A stretch of 64,000 bases of DNA from an uncultured Alphaproteobacteria bacterium (lineage in GTDB: Bacteria; Pseudomonadota; Alphaproteobacteria; Rhizobiales; Methylopilaceae). The notes below the pieces were generated by a model, which worked only from the letters and a program-made list of their open reading frames with translations, was not told the origin of the DNA and made no database searches. Location: assembly GCA_963786225.1 (NCBI GenBank), contig CAWAYQ010000024.1, positions 36,467-100,466 on the forward strand, read 5' to 3'. Shown piece after piece: positions 20,595 to 29,339 of this stretch. Within the stretch, counting starts at the first letter, position 1. Each line of letters starts with the position of its first letter. The translations under genes were made by a program, and so were the position numbers.

Positions 20595-20891
20595 GGGGTG
20601 GGCGAGGGGCCGTCATGAGAGGACCCAGACCTTATTTTGCGGACTTCGTCGACAGGGATGCGGGAACCATCGTGGAAATCGATGTGGCCAACACGCCGAA
20701 AGCTTACGGGACCGTACACGAGACGACTTCCTTGAATCGGCAGGATATCGTGTGATGCGGTTCTGGAATAACGGGGTGCTGGCGAACATCGATGGCGTGC
20801 TGGAGTTCTTCGCGCCAAATTGGTCGAAAGCTGCGCCTTCACCCGGATCACTCTGACGAGTGATCCGGCGTCTCCCACGGGCGGGGAGAGG
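20595..20891. mobile_element. putative boxC-like/DUF559 element remnant (copy F)
   Basis: Left GGGGTGGGCGAGGGG (20595-20609) and right CCTTCACCC-hairpin-TCTCCC..GGGGAGAGG (20836-20891) flank the DUF559 remnant. Confidence 0.55.
20615..20856 (+). pseudogene. decayed DUF559 (Vsr-like endonuclease) gene
   Basis: ATG 20615 reads MRGPRPYFADFVDRDAGTIVEID; restoring 1 nt near 20684 continues GGQHAESLRDRTRDDFLESAGYRVMRFWNNGVLANIDGVLE, the DUF559 core; the normal N-terminal half is missing. Confidence 0.8.
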
Positions 20892-20906
20892 CGAAAAGGA
20901 GACGGC

Positions 20907-22043
20907 ATGCGCGCTATAGGGCTGATGAGCGGGACCTCGCTCGACGGGGTGGACGCCGCGCTGATCGAGACCGATGGCGAGGCCATCCAGGATTTCGGAC
21001 CGAGTTTTTATCGCCCCTATTCCGAAAGCGAGAGGGTGGTGCTTCGCGCCGCGCTTGCGGCCGGAGGCGCCGTCACCGAGCGGAGCGACCGTTCAGGCGT
21101 GCTGGCCGAGGCCGAGACGCTCATCAACGCCACACATGCCGAAACCGTCGAGAACCTGCTGAAAGTGGCGGGTGTGGGCGCCGTCACGGTCGACGTCGTC
21201 GGCTTTCACGGCCAGACAATCATTCACAAGCCGGCCGAGAGACTGACAGTTCAACTCGGCGACGGGCCGGCGCTGGCGGACCGGCTCGGCATTCCGGTCG
21301 TCCACGACCTCAGGGCCGCGGACATCGCCGCCGGCGGTCAGGGCGCGCCGGTCGTCCCGGTCTATCATCGGGCCCTGGCGGAGGCGGGCCGGCTCCCGGT
21401 GCCCTGTGCAATCTTGAACATAGGCGGCGTCGCGAACATTACCTGGATCGGCCCGGACGGCGCGTTGCTTGCCTTCGACACGGGACCTGGCAATGCGCTT
21501 CTCGACGATCTGATGCGGGCGCGGACGGGCGCCGAATTCGACAAGGACGGCGAGATCGCGAAGCGGGGCGCAACCGACAATGCGGTGCTTGAAGCGCTTC
21601 TGACTTCAAGCTTTTTCTCCGAAAAACCTCCGAAGAGTTTGGACCGAAATCATTTTCATGGCCTCGCTCTTGGCGCGGTTGCGCATCTCTCCACGGAAGA
21701 TGCGGCGTCGACGCTCGTCGATTTCACGGCGGAGACGATTGCACGTTCGGCCGGGCATATGACGGAAGCACCTCAAAAATGGGTCGTTGCCGGGGGTGGA
21801 GCCCGCAATCTTGCGATCCTCGCGGCGCTGAGGGCTCGCATCGGCGTTCAGGTGAAGACGGCCGAGGATATGGGGTGGTCGATCGACGCGATGGAGGCGC
21901 AGGCGTTTGCCTTCCTGGCAGTCAGAAGCTTGCGCGGGTTGCCAAACACCTATCCTTCGACGACGGGAGTGAGCGAACCGATGTCCGGCGGTGTTCTGGC
22001 AGGGCCGAAACTGACCGCGAAGGACCTCGCCGCAGCGGGCTGA
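20907..22043 (+). CDS. anmK: anhydro-N-acetylmuramic acid kinase
   Basis: IGLMSGTSLDGVDAAL, GFHGQT, GGQGAP, NIGGVANIT, DTGPGN. Confidence 0.96.
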   Translation: MRAIGLMSGTSLDGVDAALIETDGEAIQDFGPSFYRPYSESERVVLRAALAAGGAVTERSDRSGVLAEAETLINATHAETVENLLKVAGVGAVTVDVVGFHGQTIIHKPAERLTVQLGDGPALADRLGIPVVHDLRAADIAAGGQGAPVVPVYHRALAEAGRLPVPCAILNIGGVANITWIGPDGALLAFDTGPGNALLDDLMRARTGAEFDKDGEIAKRGATDNAVLEALLTSSFFSEKPPKSLDRNHFHGLALGAVAHLSTEDAASTLVDFTAETIARSAGHMTEAPQKWVVAGGGARNLAILAALRARIGVQVKTAEDMGWSIDAMEAQAFAFLAVRSLRGLPNTYPSTTGVSEPMSGGVLAGPKLTAKDLAAAG

Positions 22044-22129
22044 TTTGCATCGCGCGGGGTTGATCTTCCGCGCCAGAGCCCGAGATTACCCGCAACGGGA
22101 AGCACTAACTCCGATTTGCGGTTGGGTTC

Positions 22130-23683
22130 ATGCACGATTTCTCTCGTCGCGAGCTTGTCGCGTTCCTCGCGGCCCTCGGTATTGTCGGGCCGCACGCGGC
22201 GCGTGGGCAGGCCGATGCCCTTGCTTTTGCTAAACCGCGCGCCTTCACGTTCGAGGGCCTGATCGCCGATGCGCAGGACCGCGCGAAAAAGCCCTATCGG
22301 CTTGAGGCCGCGCGTGGCGCCGACGTGCTCGCGCGGATCGACTACGACCAGCACAACAAGATCACGTACCGCACCGACAAGGCCATCGGCCTGAACGGCG
22401 GCAAGGCCCGTCTTGCGCTTTTTCATCTCGGTGCGCTGTTCCCGCTGCCGGTGAGCATCAATCTCGTCGAGGGCACCGAGTCCCGCGAATTGCTCTACCG
22501 GCCGGATTATTTCGACATGCCTGCCGACAGCCCGGCGCGGACGCTGCCCGAGGATATCGGCTTTGCGGGCTTCCGCGTGATGGGTGCGGACTCGGTTCGG
22601 GATTGGCTGGCCTTTCTCGGCTATTCCTATTTCCGGTCGTCCGGCGAACTCGATCAGTTCGGCCAGTCGGCGCGCGCGCTTGCGATCGATGTCGCCATGC
22701 CGACGCCCGAAGAGTTTCCGCGTTTCACCGATTTCTATTTCGCGCCGTCGGAGACGGGCGATCTCACGCTTTACTGCGACCTCGACAGTCCGCGCGTCAC
22801 CGGTGCGTTACGTATGGACATCGCGCGAAAGACCGGCGTCGTAATGGACATATCGGCCCGCTATTTCGCACGTGCCGATATCGCGCGGTTCGGCGTTGCG
22901 CCCTTGACCTCGATGTTCTGGTTCTCCGAGACTAACCGCGAGCGCGGCCTGGATTGGCGGCCGGAGATTCATGACACCGACGGCCTTGCACTCTGGACCG
23001 GTGCGGGCGAGCGACTTTGGCGGCCGTTGAACAATCCGGCCAGCGTCATGACATCGAGCTTTGCCGACCAAAATCCAAAAGGGTTCGGCCTTCTCCAGCG
23101 TGACCGCAACTTTGAGAACTATGAAGACGACGGCGTGTTCTACGAGAAGCGGCCGAGCGTCTGGGTAGAGCCGAAAGGCGATTGGGGCAAAGGGCAGGTA
23201 CAACTCGTCGAGATTCCGACCGACGACGAGATCCACGACAATGTAGTCGCCTATTGGGTCTCCGAGACACCCGTGAAGCAGGGCGACGCGATCTCTCTGG
23301 AGTATCGTTTGCACTGGACGAAGGACGAGCCTTATCCCGCCGACATCGGCCACGTCATCGCGACGCGCATCGGGCGCGGCGGTATTCCTGGTCAGCCGCG
23401 ACCTCCGGGGGTTTGGAAGCTCGTGGTGGATTTTGCGGGTGGTCCCCTGACGGCTCTCGCGAAAGAGGACAGATCGGTAGAAGCCGTGGTATCGGCTTCG
23501 TCGGGCACTGTGTCCGCGACATCCTGTTATGCCAACAAGGCCGAAGACAGCTGGCGCGCGATTTTCGATTTTACGCCGACCACGGGCGAACCGGTAGATA
23601 TGCGGCTCTACCTGAAGAAGAATGACATGCCGCTCACCGAAACCTGGCTTCACCAGTTCATATCGCCGCGCCGGACGGGATGA
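22130..23683 (+). CDS. periplasmic glucan biosynthesis protein (OpgD/OpgG family), Tat-exported
   Basis: SRRELVAFL twin-arginine signal, SYFRS, EEFPRFT, APLTSMFWF, RPEIHDTDGL, LVEIPTDDEIHDNVVAYW. Confidence 0.92.
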   Translation: MHDFSRRELVAFLAALGIVGPHAARGQADALAFAKPRAFTFEGLIADAQDRAKKPYRLEAARGADVLARIDYDQHNKITYRTDKAIGLNGGKARLALFHLGALFPLPVSINLVEGTESRELLYRPDYFDMPADSPARTLPEDIGFAGFRVMGADSVRDWLAFLGYSYFRSSGELDQFGQSARALAIDVAMPTPEEFPRFTDFYFAPSETGDLTLYCDLDSPRVTGALRMDIARKTGVVMDISARYFARADIARFGVAPLTSMFWFSETNRERGLDWRPEIHDTDGLALWTGAGERLWRPLNNPASVMTSSFADQNPKGFGLLQRDRNFENYEDDGVFYEKRPSVWVEPKGDWGKGQVQLVEIPTDDEIHDNVVAYWVSETPVKQGDAISLEYRLHWTKDEPYPADIGHVIATRIGRGGIPGQPRPPGVWKLVVDFAGGPLTALAKEDRSVEAVVSASSGTVSATSCYANKAEDSWRAIFDFTPTTGEPVDMRLYLKKNDMPLTETWLHQFISPRRTG

Positions 23684-23688
23684 GGCGA

Positions 23689-24630
23689 TCAGCCTCCGTG
23701 GCCGGTCATGAATAGAATGGCGGAAATCGTAAATACGGACACGATGGTCGAATATAGAATGGTGCTCGCCGTGATGGCGCCGCCCCGTTTGTAATGCTCC
23801 GCAAGCATGAACGGGCCGGTACCAGTGGGCAGCGCGCAGAGAAGTACAAGAAGATTGACCGCCTCCTTCGGCAACGCGAAGACATAATATCCGAGAACCC
23901 AGGCTATGCCCGGAAGCAGGAGAAGCTTCAGTGCGGTCAGCAGAACGACGCCTGCCGTGTCGCGCTCTGGACCGGGTTTACGGTCCGCCATGAAGGTACC
24001 GAGCGCGACGAGGGCGCAGGGGCTCGCGGCGGAGCCCAGGAGGTCGAGGAAGGAATCCGCGCTTTTCGGCAATGTCAGGCCGGTTGCCGCGAACAGGATG
24101 CCCAAAGCGGGAGCGATCAGAAGTGGATTTGTGACGAGGGAGAGCGTGACGGCCCGCAAGGTGGGCCAGAAGCGACCCTTGTCCTGAAGGCCGATCTCCA
24201 GCAGCACGATGGCGAAACCGAAGAGTACGCACACGGTGACGATCGCGGAGATGGTGACAAAAGGAAAGCTCTCCGGCCCGAACACGAGAAAGCCAAGCGG
24301 AAACCCCATATACCCGCTGTTGGGATAGGCTGCGTTCAGCGCATCCATGCTTCCATCGGCGAGGCCGCGCTTTCGTACACGCAGCATCAATGTCAGGAAG
24401 AAAACGATGAAGCAGGAGAGGGTGAAGGCCGCCGCGAAGCCGGGCTGATACAGATCAGCCCAGCTCGCATTCGCCGTGACGTCGAACATCAGCGCAGGCA
24501 GGCCGAGCCAGACGACGAAGCGATTCAGTTCGGAAGTGGCAGCCGGCCCGAACACTCCTCGCCAGCGGCAGACATATCCCGCAAGGACGAGACCGAAGAT
24601 CGGAACGACGACCGACACAGTCGCCAGCAT
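23689..24630 (-). CDS. AEC (auxin efflux carrier) family transporter
   Basis: Multi-TM protein with PNSGYMGFPL, NPLLIA and ASPCALVALG motifs. Confidence 0.9.
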   Translation of the reverse strand: MLATVSVVVPIFGLVLAGYVCRWRGVFGPAATSELNRFVVWLGLPALMFDVTANASWADLYQPGFAAAFTLSCFIVFFLTLMLRVRKRGLADGSMDALNAAYPNSGYMGFPLGFLVFGPESFPFVTISAIVTVCVLFGFAIVLLEIGLQDKGRFWPTLRAVTLSLVTNPLLIAPALGILFAATGLTLPKSADSFLDLLGSAASPCALVALGTFMADRKPGPERDTAGVVLLTALKLLLLPGIAWVLGYYVFALPKEAVNLLVLLCALPTGTGPFMLAEHYKRGGAITASTILYSTIVSVFTISAILFMTGHGG

Positions 24631-24658
24631 GTCGGTGCGTCCCCTGGGATATGGTCCC

Positions 24659-25309
24659 TTAGGCGGCGTTGATCTTGGTGAGGCGCTTGTCGAGGTAGCC
24701 GCTGCAAATGCCCATCAGCTGCTCGGTCTTGCCGTCGAAGAAGTGGTTTGCGCCAGGAATGATTTCCTGATCGATGACGATGCCGCGCTGGGTCTTCAGC
24801 TTGTCGACGAGTGCCTGAACGTCCTTCGGCTGCGCCACACGGTCGGAATCGCCGTGGACGATGAGGCCGGAGGAAGGGCAGGGCGCGAGGAACGTGAAGT
24901 CGAACTTGCCGGCGGGCGGGGCGACCGAAATGAAGCCCTCGACTTCCGGACGCCGCATCAGCAATTGCATGCCGATCCAGGCGCCGAACGAGACGCCGGC
25001 GACCCAGCAGGCGCGCGCGTCCGGATTGATCGACTGCACCCAATCGAGCGCGGAGGCCGCATCGGACAGCTCATCCTGGCCGTGATAGATGCCCTGGCTG
25101 CGGCCGACGCCGCGGAAATTGAACCGCAGAACCGAGAAGCCGCGCTCCGCGAACATGTAATAGAGCTGATAAACGATCGGGTTGTTCATCGTGCCGCCGA
25201 ACTGCGAATGCGGGTGCAGCACAATACCGATCGGGGCATTCTTGGCTTTGGCCGGGTGAAATCGGCCTTCGAGACGGCCGGTCGGGCCAGCAAAAATGAC
25301 TTCAGGCAT
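24659..25309 (-). CDS. alpha/beta hydrolase divergent from the suf operon
   Basis: LHPHSQFGGTMNN, RFNFRGVGRSQG, GVSFG nucleophile elbow, GANHFF. Confidence 0.92.
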   Translation of the reverse strand: MPEVIFAGPTGRLEGRFHPAKAKNAPIGIVLHPHSQFGGTMNNPIVYQLYYMFAERGFSVLRFNFRGVGRSQGIYHGQDELSDAASALDWVQSINPDARACWVAGVSFGAWIGMQLLMRRPEVEGFISVAPPAGKFDFTFLAPCPSSGLIVHGDSDRVAQPKDVQALVDKLKTQRGIVIDQEIIPGANHFFDGKTEQLMGICSGYLDKRLTKINAA

Positions 25310-25377
25310 AAGATGTTGGTCTCGTTTTGATGCCGCAGTATCGAGCGGCTTGACGCGCGCCGCGATCTGGCCAAAGT

Positions 25378-25394
25378 GTTAGAATAATTCTAAG
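25378..25394. promoter_or_regulatory. Irr box (iron control element, ICE)
   Basis: GTTAGAATAATTCTAAG versus consensus TTTRGAAYNRTTCYAAA (15/17), 100 bp upstream of the suf operon. Confidence 0.75.
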
Positions 25395-25494
25395 GGTCGC
25401 TACCCGCTTTCGGGCGGCGGGCTGCACTCATATCATGTTGGGCGGGGCCGGGTGCAAGTTCATCTTGCTCCTGTAGCTTACCGCAACCGGGACG

Positions 25495-26667
25495 ATGACT
25501 GGAAACCGAATCTATCTCGACCACAATGCGACCACTCCGGTTCGGCCGGAGGCGGCGCGCGCCGTCGCGCGGGCCTTGATTCGCGTGGGCAATCCGTCAT
25601 CGGTCCATTCGGAAGGGCGCAAGGCACGGGCCCTGCTTGAGGAATCGCGTGAGGCCGTGGCCGCCCTCGTCGGCGGGCTGGCCCGGAATGTGACCTTCAC
25701 CAGCGGCGCGACTGAAGCGCTGAACCTCGCGCTGACGCCCGGCCTCCGGGCCGGCGCGGATGCGCGACCGTGGCGGCTGTTCATCTCCGCGACCGAGCAT
25801 TCCGCCGTGCTCAACGGCCATCGCTTCCCGGCCGATTCGGTCGAGATCGTGCCGGTTGGCGCCGACGGGGTGGTCGATCTCGAACATCTCGGGCGCGCGA
25901 TCGGCGCTCACCCCGACGCACGGCCTCTGCTGGCTCTCCAGCTCGCGAACAACGAAACGGGTGTCGTCCAGCCGGTCGCCGACGCGGCGCAGATCGTCAA
26001 GAAGCATAGCGGGCTTCTGGTTTGCGACGCGGTCCAAGCCGCGGGACGCCTGCATATCGAGATCGCGGCGCTCGGCGCCGATCTCATTGCGCTCTCGGGC
26101 CACAAGATCGGCGGCCCGTCCGGCGTGGGCGCGCTGATCCGCGCGACCGACGCCATCCATATCCCAGATCCGCTCGTGCGCGGTGGCGGGCAGGAAAAGG
26201 GATTGCGCGGCGGGACCGAGAACCTGCCCGGATGCGCCGGATTCGGTGCGGCTGCCGTTGTCGCACGGGCCGGGCTCGAAGCCGGGGCCGCGCGTTTGGG
26301 CGGGCTGCGCGAACGGCTGGAGGCGGGCCTGCGCGAAATCGATTCGGATGTCGCGATTTTCGGCGCTGAAACAGAGCGCCTCTCGAACACCGTTTCGTTT
26401 GCATTCCAGGGTGTTAGCGCTGAAACTGCGCTCATATCCCTCGATCTTGCGGGCTTCGCCGTCTCGAGCGGCTCCGCCTGTTCGTCGGGTAAGGTGAAGA
26501 CGTCGCATGTCCTTGAAGCCATGGGGGTAAAACCCGACATATCAAGGGGCATGCTGCGGGCCAGTTTGGGCTGGTCCACCAAGGACGCGGACATCGAGAG
26601 TTTTCTTGAAGCGCTGTCGCGTCTTCGTGCTAACACTGGCGCAGTTGGAAAGGTTCTAGCTGCGTAA
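25495..26667 (+). CDS. cysteine desulfurase, IscS/NifS-like (group I)
   Basis: IYLDHNATTP, ANNETG, SGHKIGGP, SSGSACSSG. Confidence 0.93.
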   Translation: MTGNRIYLDHNATTPVRPEAARAVARALIRVGNPSSVHSEGRKARALLEESREAVAALVGGLARNVTFTSGATEALNLALTPGLRAGADARPWRLFISATEHSAVLNGHRFPADSVEIVPVGADGVVDLEHLGRAIGAHPDARPLLALQLANNETGVVQPVADAAQIVKKHSGLLVCDAVQAAGRLHIEIAALGADLIALSGHKIGGPSGVGALIRATDAIHIPDPLVRGGGQEKGLRGGTENLPGCAGFGAAAVVARAGLEAGAARLGGLRERLEAGLREIDSDVAIFGAETERLSNTVSFAFQGVSAETALISLDLAGFAVSSGSACSSGKVKTSHVLEAMGVKPDISRGMLRASLGWSTKDADIESFLEALSRLRANTGAVGKVLAA

Positions 26668-26675
26668 TCAACGCG

Positions 26676-26750
26676 TTCCACGGGTTTACCTGGGGAGTGC
26701 GCAACATCGACCCCGAACCCGCGGTCCTTGAAACCGCTGTGGAAGGAGAG
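26676..26750 (+). promoter_or_regulatory. candidate structured cis-regulatory RNA in the sufB leader
   Basis: Three-way junction TTCCAC/GTGGAA enclosing GGGTT/AACCC and GCGGT-CCTTGAA-ACCGC, immediately followed by the SD GGAGAG. Confidence 0.4.
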
Positions 26751-26754
26751 GTTC

Positions 26755-28236
26755 ATGCCGGCCGTCCAGGAGACGATCGACCAAGTTCGACTGATTGACG
26801 TCGACCAGTACAAGTACGGTTTTGTCACCGACATCGAGTCCGACCGGGCCCCGCAAGGCCTGAACGAGGACATCGTCCGTTTCATTTCCGCAAAGAAGAA
26901 CGAGCCGGAATGGCTGCTCGAATGGCGTCTCGACGCCTATCGCCGCTGGCTGACCATGCGGGAGCCGACCTGGGCCAAGGTCCAGTACGATCCGATCCCG
27001 TATAACGAACTCTATTATTACTCTGCGCCGAAGAGCACGCCGGGACCGAAAAGCCTCGACGACGTCGATCCGGAATTGCTGCGCACCTACGAGAAGCTGG
27101 GCATTCCGCTGCGCGAGCGCGAAATCCTGCTGGGCGTGGAGCGGCCGGAAGGCGAACGCCGGGTTGCCGTGGACGCCGTGTTCGACTCGGTCTCGGTCGC
27201 CACGACCTTCCAGAAGGAACTCGCCGATGTCGGCGTGCTGTTCATGCCGATCTCGGAAGCGGTCCACAAGCATCCGGAGCTGATCAAGAAATATCTCGGC
27301 TCGGTCGTCCCGGTGACAGACAATTTCTTCGCGACGCTCAACTCGGCCGTCTTTTCGGACGGCTCGTTTGTGTACATACCCCCAGGCGTGCGCTGCCCGA
27401 TGGAGCTGTCGACCTATTTCCGCATCAATGAGCGGAACACGGGACAGTTCGAGCGGACGCTCATCATCGCCGACAAGGGCTCCTATGTGAGCTATCTCGA
27501 AGGCTGCACGGCGCCGATGCGCGATGAAAACCAGTTGCATGCGGCGGTCGTCGAACTCGTCGCGCTCGAAGACGCCGAGATCAAATATTCGACGGTCCAG
27601 AACTGGTATCCGGGTGACGCCGAGGGCAAGGGCGGGATCTACAACTTTGTCACCAAGCGCGGCGATTGCCGCGAGGCGAACGCTAAGATTTCGTGGACAC
27701 AGGTTGAGACCGGGTCGTCGATCACCTGGAAGTATCCGAGCTGCATCCTGCGTGGCGACAATTCGACGGGCGAGTTCTACTCGATCGCGATTTCGAACGG
27801 CATGCAGCAGGTCGACAGCGGCACGAAGATGCTCCATCTCGGCAAGAACACGACCTCGAAGATCATCTCGAAGGGTATCGCCGCCGGGCGTTCTCAGAAC
27901 ACCTATCGCGGTCAGGTCTCGGCGCATCGCAAGGCCAAGAACGCGCGTAACTTCACAAACTGCGACAGTCTTCTGATCGGCGACCAGTGCGGTGCGCATA
28001 CGGTTCCGTACATCGAAGCCAACACCTCGACGGCCAAGATCGAGCATGAAGCAACGACCTCGAAGATCGCCGAGGATCAGATGTTCTACTGCCAGCAGCG
28101 CGGCCTTTCCTCCGAGGAGGCCGTGGCTCTGATCGTCAACGGCTTTGTCAAGGAAGTGCTTCAGCAGCTTCCGATGGAGTTCGCGGTCGAGGCGCAGAAG
28201 CTGATCGCGGTGAGCCTGGAAGGCTCGGTGGGATGA
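26755..28236 (+). CDS. sufB: Fe-S cluster assembly scaffold SufB
   Basis: [50 protein letters not shown]. Confidence 0.97.
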   Translation: MPAVQETIDQVRLIDVDQYKYGFVTDIESDRAPQGLNEDIVRFISAKKNEPEWLLEWRLDAYRRWLTMREPTWAKVQYDPIPYNELYYYSAPKSTPGPKSLDDVDPELLRTYEKLGIPLREREILLGVERPEGERRVAVDAVFDSVSVATTFQKELADVGVLFMPISEAVHKHPELIKKYLGSVVPVTDNFFATLNSAVFSDGSFVYIPPGVRCPMELSTYFRINERNTGQFERTLIIADKGSYVSYLEGCTAPMRDENQLHAAVVELVALEDAEIKYSTVQNWYPGDAEGKGGIYNFVTKRGDCREANAKISWTQVETGSSITWKYPSCILRGDNSTGEFYSIAISNGMQQVDSGTKMLHLGKNTTSKIISKGIAAGRSQNTYRGQVSAHRKAKNARNFTNCDSLLIGDQCGAHTVPYIEANTSTAKIEHEATTSKIAEDQMFYCQQRGLSSEEAVALIVNGFVKEVLQQLPMEFAVEAQKLIAVSLEGSVG

Positions 28237-28553
28237 CGGTCAAGCGCATCTGGCATGGCTGGACCACGCCGGAGAACGCGGACGCCTACGAGACCCTGCT
28301 CAGGACATTCGTGTTTCCGAGCATCGAGGCGAAGAAGGTCGCGGGATATCGCTCGATCGAGTTGTTCCGCCGCCCGGTCGAAGACGAGATCGAATTCATC
28401 ACGTTGATGACGTTCGACAACCTCGACGCGGTGAAGGCCTTTGTCGGTGAGGATTACGAGACGGTGTACGTGCCCGACCGGGCGCGCGCCATTCTGAAAC
28501 GTTTCGACCAGCGCTCGCAGCATTACGAGCTGATCGAAACACGGAGCTACTGA
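28233..28553 (+). CDS. ABM-like dimeric alpha-beta barrel protein
   Basis: RIWHGWT..ADAYE...[26 protein letters not shown] pattern; ATGA overlap with sufB. Confidence 0.8.
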   Translation: MTVKRIWHGWTTPENADAYETLLRTFVFPSIEAKKVAGYRSIELFRRPVEDEIEFITLMTFDNLDAVKAFVGEDYETVYVPDRARAILKRFDQRSQHYELIETRSY

Positions 28554-28586
28554 GGCGCCCGCGGCGCCCGCCAGAAGGAAGAAGAC

Positions 28587-29339
28587 ATGCTGTCGATCAA
28601 GAACCTGCACGCCCGGATCGAAGAGAACGGCGAGGAGATCCTGAAAGGGGTCGACCTGGAAGTTCCGGCCGGGCAGGTGCATGCCATCATGGGTCCCAAC
28701 GGCTCGGGCAAGTCAACGCTCTCCTATGTACTCGCCGGAAAGGGCGATTACGAAGTAACGGAGGGTTCTGTCGAACTCGACGGCGAGGACCTTCTGGAAC
28801 TCGAAGCCGATGAGCGCGCCGCGAAGGGCGTGTTTCTCGCGTTCCAGTATCCGCTGGAAATTCCGGGCGTCGGCACGATGACGTTCCTCAAGGCCACGCT
28901 GAACGCGCAGCGTCGCGCACGCGGCGAAAAGGAAGTTTCGACGCCCGAATTCATGAAGCTGGTGAAGGCCAATGCCGACGGCCTCGAAATCTCCATGGAG
29001 ATGCTGAAGCGCTCGTTGAATGTCGGGTTTTCGGGGGGCGAGAAGAAGCGCAACGAAATCCTGCAGATGGCGCTGCTTCAGCCGAAGCTCGCGATTCTCG
29101 ACGAAACGGATTCCGGACTCGACATCGACGCGCTGAAAGTCGTCTCGGAAGGCGTCAACAAGCTGCGCTCGCCGGACCGTTCCTTCGTCGTCATCACGCA
29201 CTATCAGCGGCTTCTGGACTACATCAAGCCGGATGTGGTGCATGTCATGTCGAAGGGCCGGATCGTCCGTTCGGGCGGACCGGAACTCGCGCTCGAACTC
29301 GAGAAGAACGGCTACGCCGAATATGGGGAGGCCGCCTGA
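28587..29339 (+). CDS. sufC: Fe-S assembly ATPase SufC
   Basis: [40 protein letters not shown]. Confidence 0.97.
   Translation: MLSIKNLHARIEENGEEILKGVDLEVPAGQVHAIMGPNGSGKSTLSYVLAGKGDYEVTEGSVELDGEDLLELEADERAAKGVFLAFQYPLEIPGVGTMTFLKATLNAQRRARGEKEVSTPEFMKLVKANADGLEISMEMLKRSLNVGFSGGEKKRNEILQMALLQPKLAILDETDSGLDIDALKVVSEGVNKLRSPDRSFVVITHYQRLLDYIKPDVVHVMSKGRIVRSGGPELALELEKNGYAEYGEAA

Noticed and set aside
20536-20856. ORF-track 106-aa ORF as an intact gene
   Set aside because: Only its 3' half is DUF559-like. The true 5' part is in another frame, so it was called a pseudogene.
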